Made by a program: the position numbers and the translations under genes | Assembly (NCBI GenBank): GCA_047600885.1 | Contig: JASGKE010000002.1 | Location: 47,233-111,232, forward strand | Source of the DNA: Pseudoxanthomonas sp. | Lineage (GTDB): Bacteria; Pseudomonadota; Gammaproteobacteria; Xanthomonadales; Xanthomonadaceae | Reading direction: 5' to 3' | DNA length: 64,000 nucleotides | Notes under the pieces: model-generated | The model's database searches: none | What the model was told of the DNA's origin: nothing | The model's input: only the letters and a program-made list of their open reading frames with translations | Part shown: in pieces, positions 26,520 through 37,153 of the stretch | How positions within the stretch are numbered: the first letter of the stretch is position 1 | Layout: each line of letters opens with the position of its first letter

Positions 26520-28219
26520 GTCGCCGTGTCCTGCAACGCGGACGCGTGCACGCCGGCGACGGCACGGCCAGACGGATCGGCCATCTTCGCGAAGCTCGCA
26601 TCCCAGGCGATCGCCGCCGGCGACGAACAGGCGATCGACTTGCCGCCCGGCACCGTCTCGGCGCAGGCCTGCCCCGGATAGTGCTGCTCGAACAGCGTGC
26701 GGTAGAAGTAGGCCTCTTTGGTCTGCGGCGGATTGACCGGGAAACGCTTGTCGGCGGCAGCGAGTTCGCGATCGCTGACCTGCGCTTCGGCATGCGCTTT
26801 CAGGCCGTCGATCCAGCCGTAGCCGACGCCGTCGCTGAACTGCTCCTTCTGCCGCCACAGGATCGACTCCGGCAGGTAGCCGTCGAAGGCTTCGCGCAGC
26901 ACGCCCTTCTCCATCCGCTGCGCGCCGACGTGGGTCTTGTCGATCATCTTGTGCGCGGCATCCATCTTCATGGCGACGTCGAGGAACTCGACATCGAGGA
27001 ACGGCACGCGCGGCTCCACGCCCCAGGCCATCATCGACTTGTTGGCGCGCAGGCAATCGTAGTTGTGCAGCGCGTCCAGCTTGCGCACCAGTTCTTCGTG
27101 GAACTCGCGCGCGTTCGGCGCCTTGTGGAAGTAGAGATAGCCGCCGAAGATCTCGTCGCTGCCCTCGCCCGACAGCACCATCTTGACGCCCATGGCCTTG
27201 ATCCGCCGCGCGAGCAGGTACATCGGCGTGGACGCCCGGATGGTGGTGACGTCGTAGGTCTCGATGTGGCGGATCACCTCGGGGATCGCGTCAAGACCCT
27301 CCTGGAAGGTGTAGGTGAAGCCGTGGTGCACGGTGCCCAGCGCCTTCGCCGCGACCTCGGCCGCCGCCAAGTCCGGCGAGCCCTCAAGGCCGATGGCGAA
27401 GGAGTGCAGGCGCGGCCACCAGGCCTCCGTCTTGTCGTTGTCCTCGATGCGGTGGCGTGCATAGCGCGCGGCGACCGCGGCCACCAGCGAGGAATCCAGC
27501 CCGCCGGACAGCAGCACGCCATACGGCACGTCGGTCATCAGCTGGCGATGCACGGCGCGCTCGAACGCGTCGCGGAGTTCGTCTTTCGACACCGCCACGC
27601 CCTCTACGGCGCTGTAGTCGCGCCAGGGCTTCTCGTAGTACTTCACCAGCGCGCGCGTAGCGGTGTCGTAGTAGTGGCCCGGCGGGAACTGCGCCACGTC
27701 GGCGCAGATCGGCGCCAGCGCCTTCATTTCGGAGGCCACGCACAGGCGGCCTTCGCGGTCGTGCCCCCAGTATAGCGGACACACCCCGATCGGATCGCGC
27801 GCGATCAGTGCACGCCCGGCGGCCTTGTCCCACAGGGCGAAGGCGAAGATGCCGTTGAGGCGATTGAGGAACGACACCGGATCGTCTTCGCGGTACAGCG
27901 CGTTGATGACCTCGCAGTCCGAGCCTGTCTGGAAGGCGTAATCCTGCGCGAGTTCGCCTTTCAGTTCGCGATGGTTGTAGATCTCGCCATTGACGGCCAA
28001 GATCAGGTCGCCGTCGGCCGAACGCAATGGCTGCGAGCCGCCGGCGGGATCGACGATGGCCAGCCGCTCGTGCACCAGGATCGCGCCCTCGTCGTGGTAG
28101 ACGCCGCTCCAATCCGGGCCGCGGTGGCGCTGCTTCTGGGACAGCTCCAGCGATTGCCGTCGCAGGGCCGCAATGTCGTCGCCGGGCTGCAGCCCGAAGA
28201 TGCCGAAGATGGAACACAT
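26516..28219 (-). CDS. asnB: Asparagine synthase B (glutamine-hydrolysing)
   Basis: Start MCSIFGIFG (N-terminal nucleophile Cys2) at 28219, preceded by AGGAG. The PP-loop LLSGGLDSSLVAA is present and the C-terminal AsnB region is conserved. Confidence 0.93.
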   Translation of the reverse strand: MCSIFGIFGLQPGDDIAALRRQSLELSQKQRHRGPDWSGVYHDEGAILVHERLAIVDPAGGSQPLRSADGDLILAVNGEIYNHRELKGELAQDYAFQTGSDCEVINALYREDDPVSFLNRLNGIFAFALWDKAAGRALIARDPIGVCPLYWGHDREGRLCVASEMKALAPICADVAQFPPGHYYDTATRALVKYYEKPWRDYSAVEGVAVSKDELRDAFERAVHRQLMTDVPYGVLLSGGLDSSLVAAVAARYARHRIEDNDKTEAWWPRLHSFAIGLEGSPDLAAAEVAAKALGTVHHGFTYTFQEGLDAIPEVIRHIETYDVTTIRASTPMYLLARRIKAMGVKMVLSGEGSDEIFGGYLYFHKAPNAREFHEELVRKLDALHNYDCLRANKSMMAWGVEPRVPFLDVEFLDVAMKMDAAHKMIDKTHVGAQRMEKGVLREAFDGYLPESILWRQKEQFSDGVGYGWIDGLKAHAEAQVSDRELAAADKRFPVNPPQTKEAYFYRTLFEQHYPGQACAETVPGGKSIACSSPAAIAWDASFAKMADPSGRAVAGVHASALQDTAT

Positions 28220-28254
28220 GGGTGGAAACTCCTGGTGGGGTTCGGAATCAGGGG

Positions 28255-28293
28255 CCGGAAACGAAGAAACCCGCATCTTGCGATGCGGGTTTC
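28255..28293 (-). terminator. Rho-independent terminator/attenuator in the asnB leader
   Basis: The minus strand reads gaaacccgcatc-gcaa-gatgcgggtttc followed by ttcgtttcc. The element lies about 35-75 nt upstream of the asnB ATG and about 25 nt downstream of the leader-ORF stop. Confidence 0.7.
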
Positions 28294-28318
28294 TGGTATC
28301 CGGCAGATCTTTCTTTGC

Positions 28319-28447
28319 CTAGTCGCAGAGCCGCACCGCCCGCGTCCCGTTGTTCGGGCGCAGGTTGTTGCGGTTGTTATTGATGGCGGTGCGGCAGGGC
28401 ATGGGCCGACCGTAACCGGTCCGGGCCGGGGCGCGCAACTGTTTCAT
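28319..28447 (-). CDS. Candidate Asn-rich leader peptide of asnB (42 aa; an alternative internal start gives 27 aa)
   Basis: Minus-strand ORF MKQLRAPARTGYGRPMPCRTAINNNRNNLRPNNGTRAVRLCD*. Seven Asn codons fall within 11 codons (28349-28381), enclosed by the 11-bp inverted repeat GCCGCACCGCC / GGCGGUGCGGC (28385-28395 / 28330-28340). The Shine-Dalgarno is weak. Confidence 0.45.
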   Translation of the reverse strand: MKQLRAPARTGYGRPMPCRTAINNNRNNLRPNNGTRAVRLCD

Positions 28448-28473
28448 CCGTAAGGGAACGGCGGGGCCCACGG

Positions 28474-29616
28474 TCAGCCTGCAGGCTGGGTCAACATCAA
28501 GCGCTGCACCAGCGCCTGGTACAGGCCCGGTAGCGCCTCGAGGTCGGCGACGCGGATGTTCTCGTCGACCTTGTGGATGCTGGCATTGACCGGCCCGACC
28601 TCGATGCACTCCGCGCCCAAGGGGGCGATGAAGCGTGCATCGGAGGTGCCGCCTGCCGTGCTTTCTTCCGGCGGCGCACCCGCGAACTCGCCCAGCACCG
28701 CGCGCGCGGTGGCCCGCAGGTGCCCCTCCGGCGTGTAGAACGGCTCGCCACCGCGCAACCAGCGGATGCTGTAGTCCAGCCCATGCTTGCGGAAGATGCC
28801 TTCGATCTCCTGCTCCAAGCGCTCCGCCGTCCACGAGGGATTGAAGCGCAGGTTGAACACCACCTGCAGTTCGCCGGGAATGACGTTGCTCGCGCCCGTG
28901 CCGGCATGGATGTTGGAAATCTGCAAACTGGTCGGCGGGAAGGTTTCGTATCCGTCATCCCACTGGCGGGCGGCGAGTTCGTCCAGCGCCGGCAACGCCT
29001 TGTGGATCGGGTTGAGCGCCTTGTGCGGGTAAGCGACGTGGCCCTGCACGCCATGCACGTCCAGCGTGCCGGTCAGCGTGCCGCGACGGCCGACCCGCAG
29101 CAGGTCGCCCAGCGTTTCCTTCGACGATGGCTCACCGGTGATGCACCAGTCGATCCGCTGGCCGCGTTCGCGGAACAGCGCGGCGACCTTCTTCACGCCA
29201 TCGTGGGCGTCGCCTTCTTCATCCGAGGTCACCAGCAGCGCCACCGTCCCCGGATGGTCGGGATGCGCATCGACGAAGCGCTCCAGCGCGATCGTGCACG
29301 CGGCCACGCTGCACTTCATGTCCGCCGTGCCGCGTCCGTACAGCACGCCGTCGCGCACCGTGGGCACGAACGGATCGCTGGTCCACGCGGACAACGGGCC
29401 CGGCGGCACCACGTCGGTATGTCCCAGCAGCACCAGCACCGGCGCACCGCTGCCATGGGTCGCCCACAGGTTGTCGGTATCGCCGAAACGCAGGTGCTCG
29501 CAGTGGAAGCCCCACTGGCTCAGGCGCGTCGCCAGCACCTGCTGGCACCCGGCATCATCCGGCGTCACCGAGTGGCGACGGATCAGTTCGCTGGAGAGTT
29601 CGACGACATCGCTCAC
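28474..29616 (-). CDS. dapE: Succinyl-diaminopimelate desuccinylase
   Basis: 380-aa M20-family ORF containing [11 protein letters not shown] and [12 protein letters not shown], in a dap gene context. Confidence 0.9.
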   Translation of the reverse strand: MSDVVELSSELIRRHSVTPDDAGCQQVLATRLSQWGFHCEHLRFGDTDNLWATHGSGAPVLVLLGHTDVVPPGPLSAWTSDPFVPTVRDGVLYGRGTADMKCSVAACTIALERFVDAHPDHPGTVALLVTSDEEGDAHDGVKKVAALFRERGQRIDWCITGEPSSKETLGDLLRVGRRGTLTGTLDVHGVQGHVAYPHKALNPIHKALPALDELAARQWDDGYETFPPTSLQISNIHAGTGASNVIPGELQVVFNLRFNPSWTAERLEQEIEGIFRKHGLDYSIRWLRGGEPFYTPEGHLRATARAVLGEFAGAPPEESTAGGTSDARFIAPLGAECIEVGPVNASIHKVDENIRVADLEALPGLYQALVQRLMLTQPAG

Positions 29617-29975
29617 TTTCCGGCTCCGAACAGCTTCTTGAAGCCATTGTCGCTGAAGCCCTGTGAAAAGCCCGCCACGTCATCGACTACCACCGGACGC
29701 CGGATCAGCTGCGGGTATTCCTTCAACAGCAGCTTCCATTCCGCGTCGGAACCGGGCGACTTGCGGTTCTCGGGCAGCTGGCGCCACGTGGTCGACGATT
29801 TGTTGATCAGCGCATCCCAGCCGCCCACCTTGTCCGCCCAATCCTTCAGCGTTTCCGGTGCCTGCCGGTTGTCGCGGTAATCGACGAACGTGTACGCCAC
29901 GCCGAAGCGGTCGAGCCACTTCGTTGCCTTCTTGCAGGTGTCGCAATTCTTGAGTCCGTAGAGCGTCGCCGTCAT
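29613..29975 (-). CDS. ArsC/Spx-family reductase-like protein (YffB type)
   Basis: [21 protein letters not shown]... (CxxC-like N-terminal motif), 120 aa. It overlaps the dapE start by 4 nt. Confidence 0.8.
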   Translation of the reverse strand: MTATLYGLKNCDTCKKATKWLDRFGVAYTFVDYRDNRQAPETLKDWADKVGGWDALINKSSTTWRQLPENRKSPGSDAEWKLLLKEYPQLIRRPVVVDDVAGFSQGFSDNGFKKLFGAGK

Positions 29976-30048
29976 GATCCGATTGTTCGCAGTGTGCCGC
30001 CGACGATGTTACCGCAGAGCCACGACTGTCACCCGTAAGACGCACCGG

Positions 30049-30453
30049 TCAGTGCGGACACATGGCAGTGGTCGCGCCTTGCAGGCGACCAAGGTCGTCG
30101 AACTGGAGCCCGATGGCGCTAACGCGCTCCACGTCATCGCGCTCCATGCAGACCATCTTGAGACGCACTGCATTGGGGTTGTCGGCAGCGCGCCGGGCAG
30201 CATCGACGATGGACTCACGATCAGCGCCATCTACACCTGCCGCCTGCACCGCCGCTATCAGGGGTACCAACTGGCGACGGGAGATGTCCCAAGCCACTTG
30301 ATCGGGATAGCAGTCAGGATTGGACGAGGTTGCTGCATTCAACAAGCCCTCGCCCTCGATGACTTTTTGGTCCCGACCGGTGGCCCACCAATGCGCGTTG
30401 GTTCCGATCAGCAGGAACAGCAGCACGTATATGAGAACGTTGCGACTCGACAT
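30049..30453 (-). CDS. Hypothetical membrane-anchored or secreted protein (orphan, atypical composition)
   Basis: 134-aa ORF with the N-terminal hydrophobic segment NVLIYVLLFLLIGTNA and 4 Cys. I recognise no family. Local GC and GC3 are visibly lower than in the flanking genes. Confidence 0.55.
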   Translation of the reverse strand: MSSRNVLIYVLLFLLIGTNAHWWATGRDQKVIEGEGLLNAATSSNPDCYPDQVAWDISRRQLVPLIAAVQAAGVDGADRESIVDAARRAADNPNAVRLKMVCMERDDVERVSAIGLQFDDLGRLQGATTAMCPH

Positions 30454-30535
30454 TGGATTTGCCTCACGTCAATACCTATAGAACGATATTGGAATCGACC
30501 CCGCCCCACGCCAGACCACTGCGCCGCGACTGCGA

Positions 30536-31390
30536 TCAATCCGCCAGACCGCGCAGCAGTTCGTTGACGCTGGTCTTGCTGCGGGTCTTCTCGTCGACCT
30601 GCTTGACGATCACCGCGCAGTACAGCGAATGCGAACCGTCGGCCGCCGGCAGCGAGCCGGATACCACCACGCTGCCCGGCGGCACGTAGCCGTAGGTGAT
30701 CTCTTTCGTCGCACGGTTGTAGATGCGGGTGGACTGGCCGATGAACACGCCCATGCCGATGACGCTGTGGTGGCCGACCACCACGCCTTCGACGACTTCG
30801 GAGCGCGCACCGATGAAGCAGTGGTCCTCGATGATCGTCGGGCTGGCCTGCAGCGGTTCGAGCACGCCGCCGATGCCGGCGCCGCCGGACAGATGGCAGT
30901 GCTTGCCGATTTGGGCACACGAACCCACCGTCGCCCACGTATCGACCATCGTGCCTTCACCGACGTGGGCACCGATGTTGACGAAGCTCGGCATCAACAC
31001 CACGTCCTTGCCGAAATAGCTGCCGCGGCGGGCGATCGCGCCCGGCACGACGCGCACGCCGAGCTTGCGGAAGTCGTTCTCGTCGAAGGCGCCGAAACGC
31101 GCCTCGACTTTGTCCCAGAACGGCGCGGGATAGGCTTCGACCAGTTCCATCTCGTTGACGCGGAAGTACAGCAGCACCGCTTTCTTCAGCCACTCGTTGA
31201 CCTTCCAGCCGCCTTTGCCATCGGGCTCGGCCACGCGCAGCTTGCCCGCTTCCAGGCCTTCGATGGCCTGTTCGACGGCGGTGCGGGTGGAGCCTTCGAT
31301 CTCGGCCGGCGTCAGCTCGGCACGACGCTCGAACGCGCTCTCGATGGTGGACTTCAGTTCTTCGGTCTTGGTGGCTTTGCGGGTCATCAA
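30536..31390 (-). CDS. dapD: 2,3,4,5-tetrahydropyridine-2,6-dicarboxylate N-succinyltransferase
   Basis: 284-aa ORF with left-handed beta-helix hexapeptide repeats and a typical DapD N-terminal helical domain ([28 protein letters not shown]). Confidence 0.9.
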   Translation of the reverse strand: MMTRKATKTEELKSTIESAFERRAELTPAEIEGSTRTAVEQAIEGLEAGKLRVAEPDGKGGWKVNEWLKKAVLLYFRVNEMELVEAYPAPFWDKVEARFGAFDENDFRKLGVRVVPGAIARRGSYFGKDVVLMPSFVNIGAHVGEGTMVDTWATVGSCAQIGKHCHLSGGAGIGGVLEPLQASPTIIEDHCFIGARSEVVEGVVVGHHSVIGMGVFIGQSTRIYNRATKEITYGYVPPGSVVVSGSLPAADGSHSLYCAVIVKQVDEKTRSKTSVNELLRGLAD

Positions 31391-31410
31391 ACGTCCTGCT
31401 GGGTTCTTGC

Positions 31411-34026
31411 TCAGGTGGGGGTATCGAGCCCGGCGCGCAGCGCGTCGCGCAACGCATCCTGCTGGGCGGTATCGGTGAGGGGCTGATCGTGTTCGTCGGT
31501 GATCTGGAACACGTCCTCGGCGCGTTCGCCGAAGGTGGCGATGCGCGCGTCGTGCACGCGCAGGCGCTGGCGACGCAGCACCTGGGCGACGTCGGACAGC
31601 AGGCCGGGGCGGTCGGGCGCGACCAGGCCGAGGATCGTGCGACGGCCGTCCGGCGTGGCGCCGAACTCGATCCGCGGCGCGAACCGGAAATGCTTCAACT
31701 GCCGCGGGACCGCGCGTCGCGACGTGCGCACGCTGTCCAGCGGCCGCGCCAGCGCCTCGCCCAATCCCTGCTCGATGTCGGCCGGATCGCGTGGCGCATA
31801 AGCGTCGGCGGGCAGCACTTCAAAGGTATCGAAGATCGCGCCCTGCGGCCCGACCAGCACGCGCGCCTGGTGGATGGCGAAGCCCATCCGGTCCAGCGTG
31901 GCGAGGATGGCGGCGAACAGACCGTCGCGGTCCGGCGAATGGACGAAGACCTCCATCGCATCGGCGTCGTCCGCGATCCGGCGCGCCCGCACGCGTGTCT
32001 CGCCCAGCGTCGCACCGCGGATCGCATGCGCCTGCCAGGCCAGTTGTTCGGGACGGAAGCGCAGGAAGCTCTCCTCGGGCATCGTCGCGAACAATGCGTC
32101 GGCCTGCGCTGCGGTCATGCCCTGCACTTCCAGCAGCGCGCGTACGCTGCCGCGCGCTTCGAAGAGGCGTTCGTCCACCGCCACCGGATTCTCCAGCCCT
32201 TCGCGCAACACGCGGCGCGCCGCGAAGTAGAGATCGGCGAGTAGCCGATCCTTCCACGCGTTCCAGAGTTTCGGACTGGTGCCGGCGATGTCGGCGCAGG
32301 TGAGCAGGTAGAGATAGTCCAGCCGCTCGCGGTCCTTCACCAGCGCGGCGAAGGCGTGGATCACGTCCGGATCGGCGATGTCCTGCTTCTGTGCGGTGAC
32401 CGACATGCGCAGGTGCTGCTCGACCAGCCAGGCCACGAGTTCGGTGTCCGACTCGCTGAGCGCATGCGCGGCACAGAACTCGCGCGCATCGACGGCGCCG
32501 AGTTCGGAATGGTCGCCCCCGCGACCCTTGGCGATGTCGTGGAAGAGCCCCGCCAGCAACAGCAGTTCCGGCTTGCGCAGGCGCGGCCACACCTCGTGCG
32601 CGATCGAGAAGCGCTCGTCGGCGCGGCCGGCGGCGAAGGCGGCGATGTTCCGCAGCACCATCAAGGTGTGCTGGTCGACCGTATAAACGTGGAAGAGGTC
32701 GAACTGCATCCGCCCCGACACACGGGCGAACGCGGGGATCCACTGGCCGAGCACGCCCAGCCGGGCCATGCGGGTGAGCGTTTCCACCGCACGCGGCCCG
32801 CGCAGCAACGCCATGAAGGCATCGCGCTGCGCGCGCGTGGCGTCGGGATAGGCGAGCAGCTTCGGCAGCGCCTCGGCCAGCGCGCGCGCAGTGCGCGAGT
32901 GCAGCCCGCGAACCTGCGGGTTCGCGGCCCACGCCGCAAACAGGGCGAAAACCTGAGCCGCGTCGCCGGCCGGCCACGTCGCGTCGCGCGCGGCCAGATA
33001 GCCGCGGCGCAGGGCGAAGTGCGCGTCCAGCGGTTCGGCCAGCGCCTCGCCGTCGAACTGCTCTTCGAAGCGCTGCAGCAGGCGGTCGCTGATCCGGCGC
33101 ACGATGGCCGCGCTGCGATAGAAACCCTGCATCATCTTCTCGACGCCGAGGTTCTCCGCGTCGTCGGCGAAACCCAGGCGCTGGGCCAGGGTCTTCTGGT
33201 AGTCGAAGCGCAGGCGTTCTTCAGCACGCGCAGCGACCCGGTGCAGGCCGTAGCGCAACCGGCCCAGTGCGCGCCGCTCGCGCGCCAGCGCCGCGGCTTC
33301 GTCCTGGCCCAGGTGCCCCATGCCGACCAGCGGCTCGAGATCGCGCACGCCGAACGTGCGCAGCGCCATCCAGCCCAGCGTGTGCAGGTCGCGCAGGCCG
33401 CCGGGGCCGTCCTTGATGTTGGGTTCGAGGTTGTCGGAGGTGTCGCCGAAACGCGCGTGGCGGATGCGCAGTTCCTCGCGCTTGGCCACGAAGAAATCGC
33501 GCGGCGGCCAGACCCGCGCCGGACCGATCGCATCGATCAGCAGACCTTCGTCGACCGGCTCGCCGACGATCAGACGCTCTTCGATCAACGCGGTCAGCAC
33601 GGTCTGGTCGGCGGCCGCGGCGGCCGTGCATTCGGCCGCCGAGCGCACGCTGTGGCTGATCGGCAGGCCGGCATCCCACAGCGTCGCGAAGAAGCGCGCC
33701 ACCGCATCGTGGTGGGTCTGCTGGACCTCGCTGCCGGCCAGCACCAGCACGTCGACGTCCGATTGCGGGAACAGTTCGCCGCGTCCGTAGCCGCCCACGG
33801 CGAACAGCGCCATCGGCGCGTGTTCGGGAATGCAGCGTAACCAGGCGTCCTTCAGCAGATGATCGACGGCGCGTGCGCGCAAGGCCAGGATGCGGTCCAT
33901 GCCGTCGTCCTGGTCGAACCGCTTGTCCAGGCGGGCGTCCGTATGGCCCAGCGAGGCGCGTGGCCGCCGCCGACCAGGCAGCGTCATCGACGACGTCCGG
34001 GCCGATGTCCGGCAGCCGCGTCGCAT
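31411..34026 (-). CDS. glnD: Bifunctional [protein-PII] uridylyltransferase/uridylyl-removing enzyme
   Basis: 871-aa ORF with a nucleotidyltransferase motif ([21 protein letters not shown]), an HD domain ([19 protein letters not shown]) and two C-terminal ACT domains. The start is uncertain (34026 or 33987). Confidence 0.9.
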   Translation of the reverse strand: MRRGCRTSARTSSMTLPGRRRPRASLGHTDARLDKRFDQDDGMDRILALRARAVDHLLKDAWLRCIPEHAPMALFAVGGYGRGELFPQSDVDVLVLAGSEVQQTHHDAVARFFATLWDAGLPISHSVRSAAECTAAAAADQTVLTALIEERLIVGEPVDEGLLIDAIGPARVWPPRDFFVAKREELRIRHARFGDTSDNLEPNIKDGPGGLRDLHTLGWMALRTFGVRDLEPLVGMGHLGQDEAAALARERRALGRLRYGLHRVAARAEERLRFDYQKTLAQRLGFADDAENLGVEKMMQGFYRSAAIVRRISDRLLQRFEEQFDGEALAEPLDAHFALRRGYLAARDATWPAGDAAQVFALFAAWAANPQVRGLHSRTARALAEALPKLLAYPDATRAQRDAFMALLRGPRAVETLTRMARLGVLGQWIPAFARVSGRMQFDLFHVYTVDQHTLMVLRNIAAFAAGRADERFSIAHEVWPRLRKPELLLLAGLFHDIAKGRGGDHSELGAVDAREFCAAHALSESDTELVAWLVEQHLRMSVTAQKQDIADPDVIHAFAALVKDRERLDYLYLLTCADIAGTSPKLWNAWKDRLLADLYFAARRVLREGLENPVAVDERLFEARGSVRALLEVQGMTAAQADALFATMPEESFLRFRPEQLAWQAHAIRGATLGETRVRARRIADDADAMEVFVHSPDRDGLFAAILATLDRMGFAIHQARVLVGPQGAIFDTFEVLPADAYAPRDPADIEQGLGEALARPLDSVRTSRRAVPRQLKHFRFAPRIEFGATPDGRRTILGLVAPDRPGLLSDVAQVLRRQRLRVHDARIATFGERAEDVFQITDEHDQPLTDTAQQDALRDALRAGLDTPT

Positions 34027-34050
34027 GTCCGTTCGCGGCTGCCGGGACGC

Positions 34051-34827
34051 TCACAGGTCGTTGTCGTCGCCCGGCACGCGGGTCAGGATCTCGACGCCGT
34101 CTTCGGTAACCGCCACGGTGTGCTCCCACTGTGCCGAAAGCTTGCGGTCCTTGGTCACCACGGTCCAGCCGTCGGGCAGCACCTTGGTGTGGCGGGCGCC
34201 CTCATTGATCATCGGCTCGATGGTGAAGGTCATGCCCGGCTTGAGCACGACGCCTTCGCCGGAACGGCCGTAATGCAGCACTTGCGGTTCGTCGTGGTAG
34301 ACCTTGCCGATGCCGTGCCCGCAGTACTCGCGTACCACGCTGAAGCGCTCGCCCTCGGCGTACTGCTGGATCGCGTGGCCGACATCGCCCAGGGTCGCGC
34401 CCGGCTTCACCGCGCGGATGCCGCGGAACATGGCCTCGCGGGTCACGTCCACCAGGCGCTTGGCCATCACCGACGGGGTGCCGACGATGTACATGCGGCT
34501 GGTGTCGCCGTGCCAGCCGTCCTTGATGACGGTGACGTCGATATTGAGGATGTCGCCGTCCTTGAGCACTTTCCCTTCGCTGGGGATGCCGTGGCAGATG
34601 ACATTGTTGACCGACGTGCAGACGGTCGCCGGGAAGCCCTTATAGCCCACGTTCGCGGGGATCGCCTGCTGCACGTTGACGATGTGATCGTGGCAGATGC
34701 GGTCCAGTTCGGCGGTGGTCACGCCCGGCTTCACGTGCGGGGCGACCACCTGGAGCACCTCGGCGGCCAGCCGGCCGGCGATGCGCATCTGGGCGAGGTC
34801 TTCGGGGGTTTTCAGCTGGATGGCCAT
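34051..34827 (-). CDS. map: Type I methionine aminopeptidase
   Basis: Internal ATG at 34827. The product reads MAIQLKTPEDLAQMRIAGRLAAEVL...VCHGIP...DGDILNIDVT...GHGIG...FTIEPM...WEHTV, the metal-ligand pattern of MetAP. Confidence 0.92.
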   Translation of the reverse strand: MAIQLKTPEDLAQMRIAGRLAAEVLQVVAPHVKPGVTTAELDRICHDHIVNVQQAIPANVGYKGFPATVCTSVNNVICHGIPSEGKVLKDGDILNIDVTVIKDGWHGDTSRMYIVGTPSVMAKRLVDVTREAMFRGIRAVKPGATLGDVGHAIQQYAEGERFSVVREYCGHGIGKVYHDEPQVLHYGRSGEGVVLKPGMTFTIEPMINEGARHTKVLPDGWTVVTKDRKLSAQWEHTVAVTEDGVEILTRVPGDDNDL

Positions 34828-34902
34828 TGGCCGATTATCCCCCATTTGGCCCGCCAGCTGAACGCCCCGGGCAGCTTCGCCCCGGCGACCCCTGCCCTCG
34901 GT

Positions 34903-34932
34903 TTGCGGCCGGGCGCTGGGGGCGGCTATAAT
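34903..34932 (+). promoter_or_regulatory. Candidate sigma-70 promoter of rpsB-tsf (perfect -10 TATAAT)
   Basis: TATAAT at 34927-34932, with TTGCGG at 34903-34908 (18-bp spacer). This predicts a 5' leader of about 205 nt before the rpsB ATG at 35145. Confidence 0.45.
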
Positions 34933-35144
34933 CCCGCGGCTTCGCGCTCGGGTTCGCCCGGCCGGACCGCCTACGTCGGGCGTCACCGACGAATCCACAC
35001 CTGTCGCCACCGCCCGTGCCGGGGTGCCCTTCTCCGGAAGGGTTCGGTCACGGAAGCGACAGGGAGGCCCAACCCCGGAACCCGGCCCTCGCGGGCACCG
35101 CCTTCCTTTTGCCTGGCGGCGGGTTCCTTATCAGGAGTAGAGCA

Positions 35145-35948
35145 ATGCCCCAAGTCACCATGCGCCAGATGCTGGAAGCCGGCGTCCATTTCGGCCACCA
35201 GACCCGCTACTGGAACCCCAAGATGGCGCCGTACATCTTCGGTGCCCGCGGCAAGATCCACATCATCAACCTCGAGAAGACCGTTCCGCTGTTCAACGAC
35301 GCGATGAACTTCATCTCGGGCGTCGCCCAGAAGCGCGGCACCATCCTGTTCCTGGGCACCAAGCGCAGCGCGCGCGAGGCCGTGAAGGAAGAGGCCGTGC
35401 GTTGCGGCATGCCGTACATGACCCAGCGCTGGCTGGGCGGCACGCTGACCAACTTCGCCACCGTGAAGAAGTCGGTCGCCCGCCTGAAGGAACTGGAAGC
35501 CGCCGAAACCGACGGCACCTTCGAGAAGCTGGTCAAGCACGAAGTGCTGGGCCTGCGCCGCGAGCGCGAGAAGCTGGAAGCCTCGCTGGGCGGTATCAAG
35601 GAGATGAACCGCCTGCCGGACGCCCTGTTCGTCATCGACATCGGCCATGAAGACATCGCCATCAAGGAAGCCAAGAAGCTCGGCATCCCGGTGATCGCGG
35701 TGGTCGACTCTAACTACGACCCGGCCCTGGTCGACTACGCCATCCCCGGCAACGACGACGCCATCCGCGCCGTGCAGCTGTACGCCCGCGCCGCCGCCGA
35801 CGCCGTGCTGGAAGGCAAGGCCGCCGCGCCGAACTCCGCCACCGTGCGCGAGGAAGAGTTCACCGAAGGCGGCGACGACAAGGGTGCCCGTCGCGCCCCG
35901 GCCAAGAAGGCCGCCGGCAAGAAGTCCGACGAAGCCGCTGCCGAGTAA
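35145..35948 (+). CDS. rpsB: 30S ribosomal protein S2
   Basis: [33 protein letters not shown]..., with an AGGAG Shine-Dalgarno upstream of the ATG at 35145. Confidence 0.95.
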   Translation: MPQVTMRQMLEAGVHFGHQTRYWNPKMAPYIFGARGKIHIINLEKTVPLFNDAMNFISGVAQKRGTILFLGTKRSAREAVKEEAVRCGMPYMTQRWLGGTLTNFATVKKSVARLKELEAAETDGTFEKLVKHEVLGLRREREKLEASLGGIKEMNRLPDALFVIDIGHEDIAIKEAKKLGIPVIAVVDSNYDPALVDYAIPGNDDAIRAVQLYARAAADAVLEGKAAAPNSATVREEEFTEGGDDKGARRAPAKKAAGKKSDEAAAE

Positions 35949-36077
35949 TCCGGCTGCAACGCCGCCGCGCCATGCTGCGCGGCGGCTTTCTTCCCTGCCT
36001 GGCGCGCCCTGCGCCGGCCGGGATACGACACGACGGCCTCCGTGCCGTCCACCGAATTCGCTAACCGAGGTAATCCC

Positions 36078-36956
<879 letters not shown>

Positions 36957-36983
36957 GCCATCGCCTCACCTGTTGCACGCAGG

Positions 36984-37016
36984 AAAGCCGCGGGAAACCG
37001 CGGCTTTCTTGTTTCT
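36984..37016 (+). terminator. Rho-independent terminator after tsf
   Basis: aaagccgcgg-gaaa-ccgcggcttt followed by cttgtttct. Confidence 0.8.
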
Positions 37017-37153
37017 GGGGAACACGCTTTGCACGCCTCGCGACCGTTCGTCGCGCGCCACTCAAGTTTGTCCTTCCTGCGCCGAAACTGGTTACAAAGG
37101 TGACACTTCGTCACGCTTTGCTGGCATGCTGCCGCTAACCTCCTTTCAACGCA

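Noticed and set aside
26520-27056. Longer version (301 aa) of the SnoaL-like ORF
   Set aside because: The upstream 179 codons lie entirely inside asnB in another frame and look like GC-rich noise. A GTG that overlaps the asnB stop gives a compact NTF2-fold-sized protein of 122 aa.
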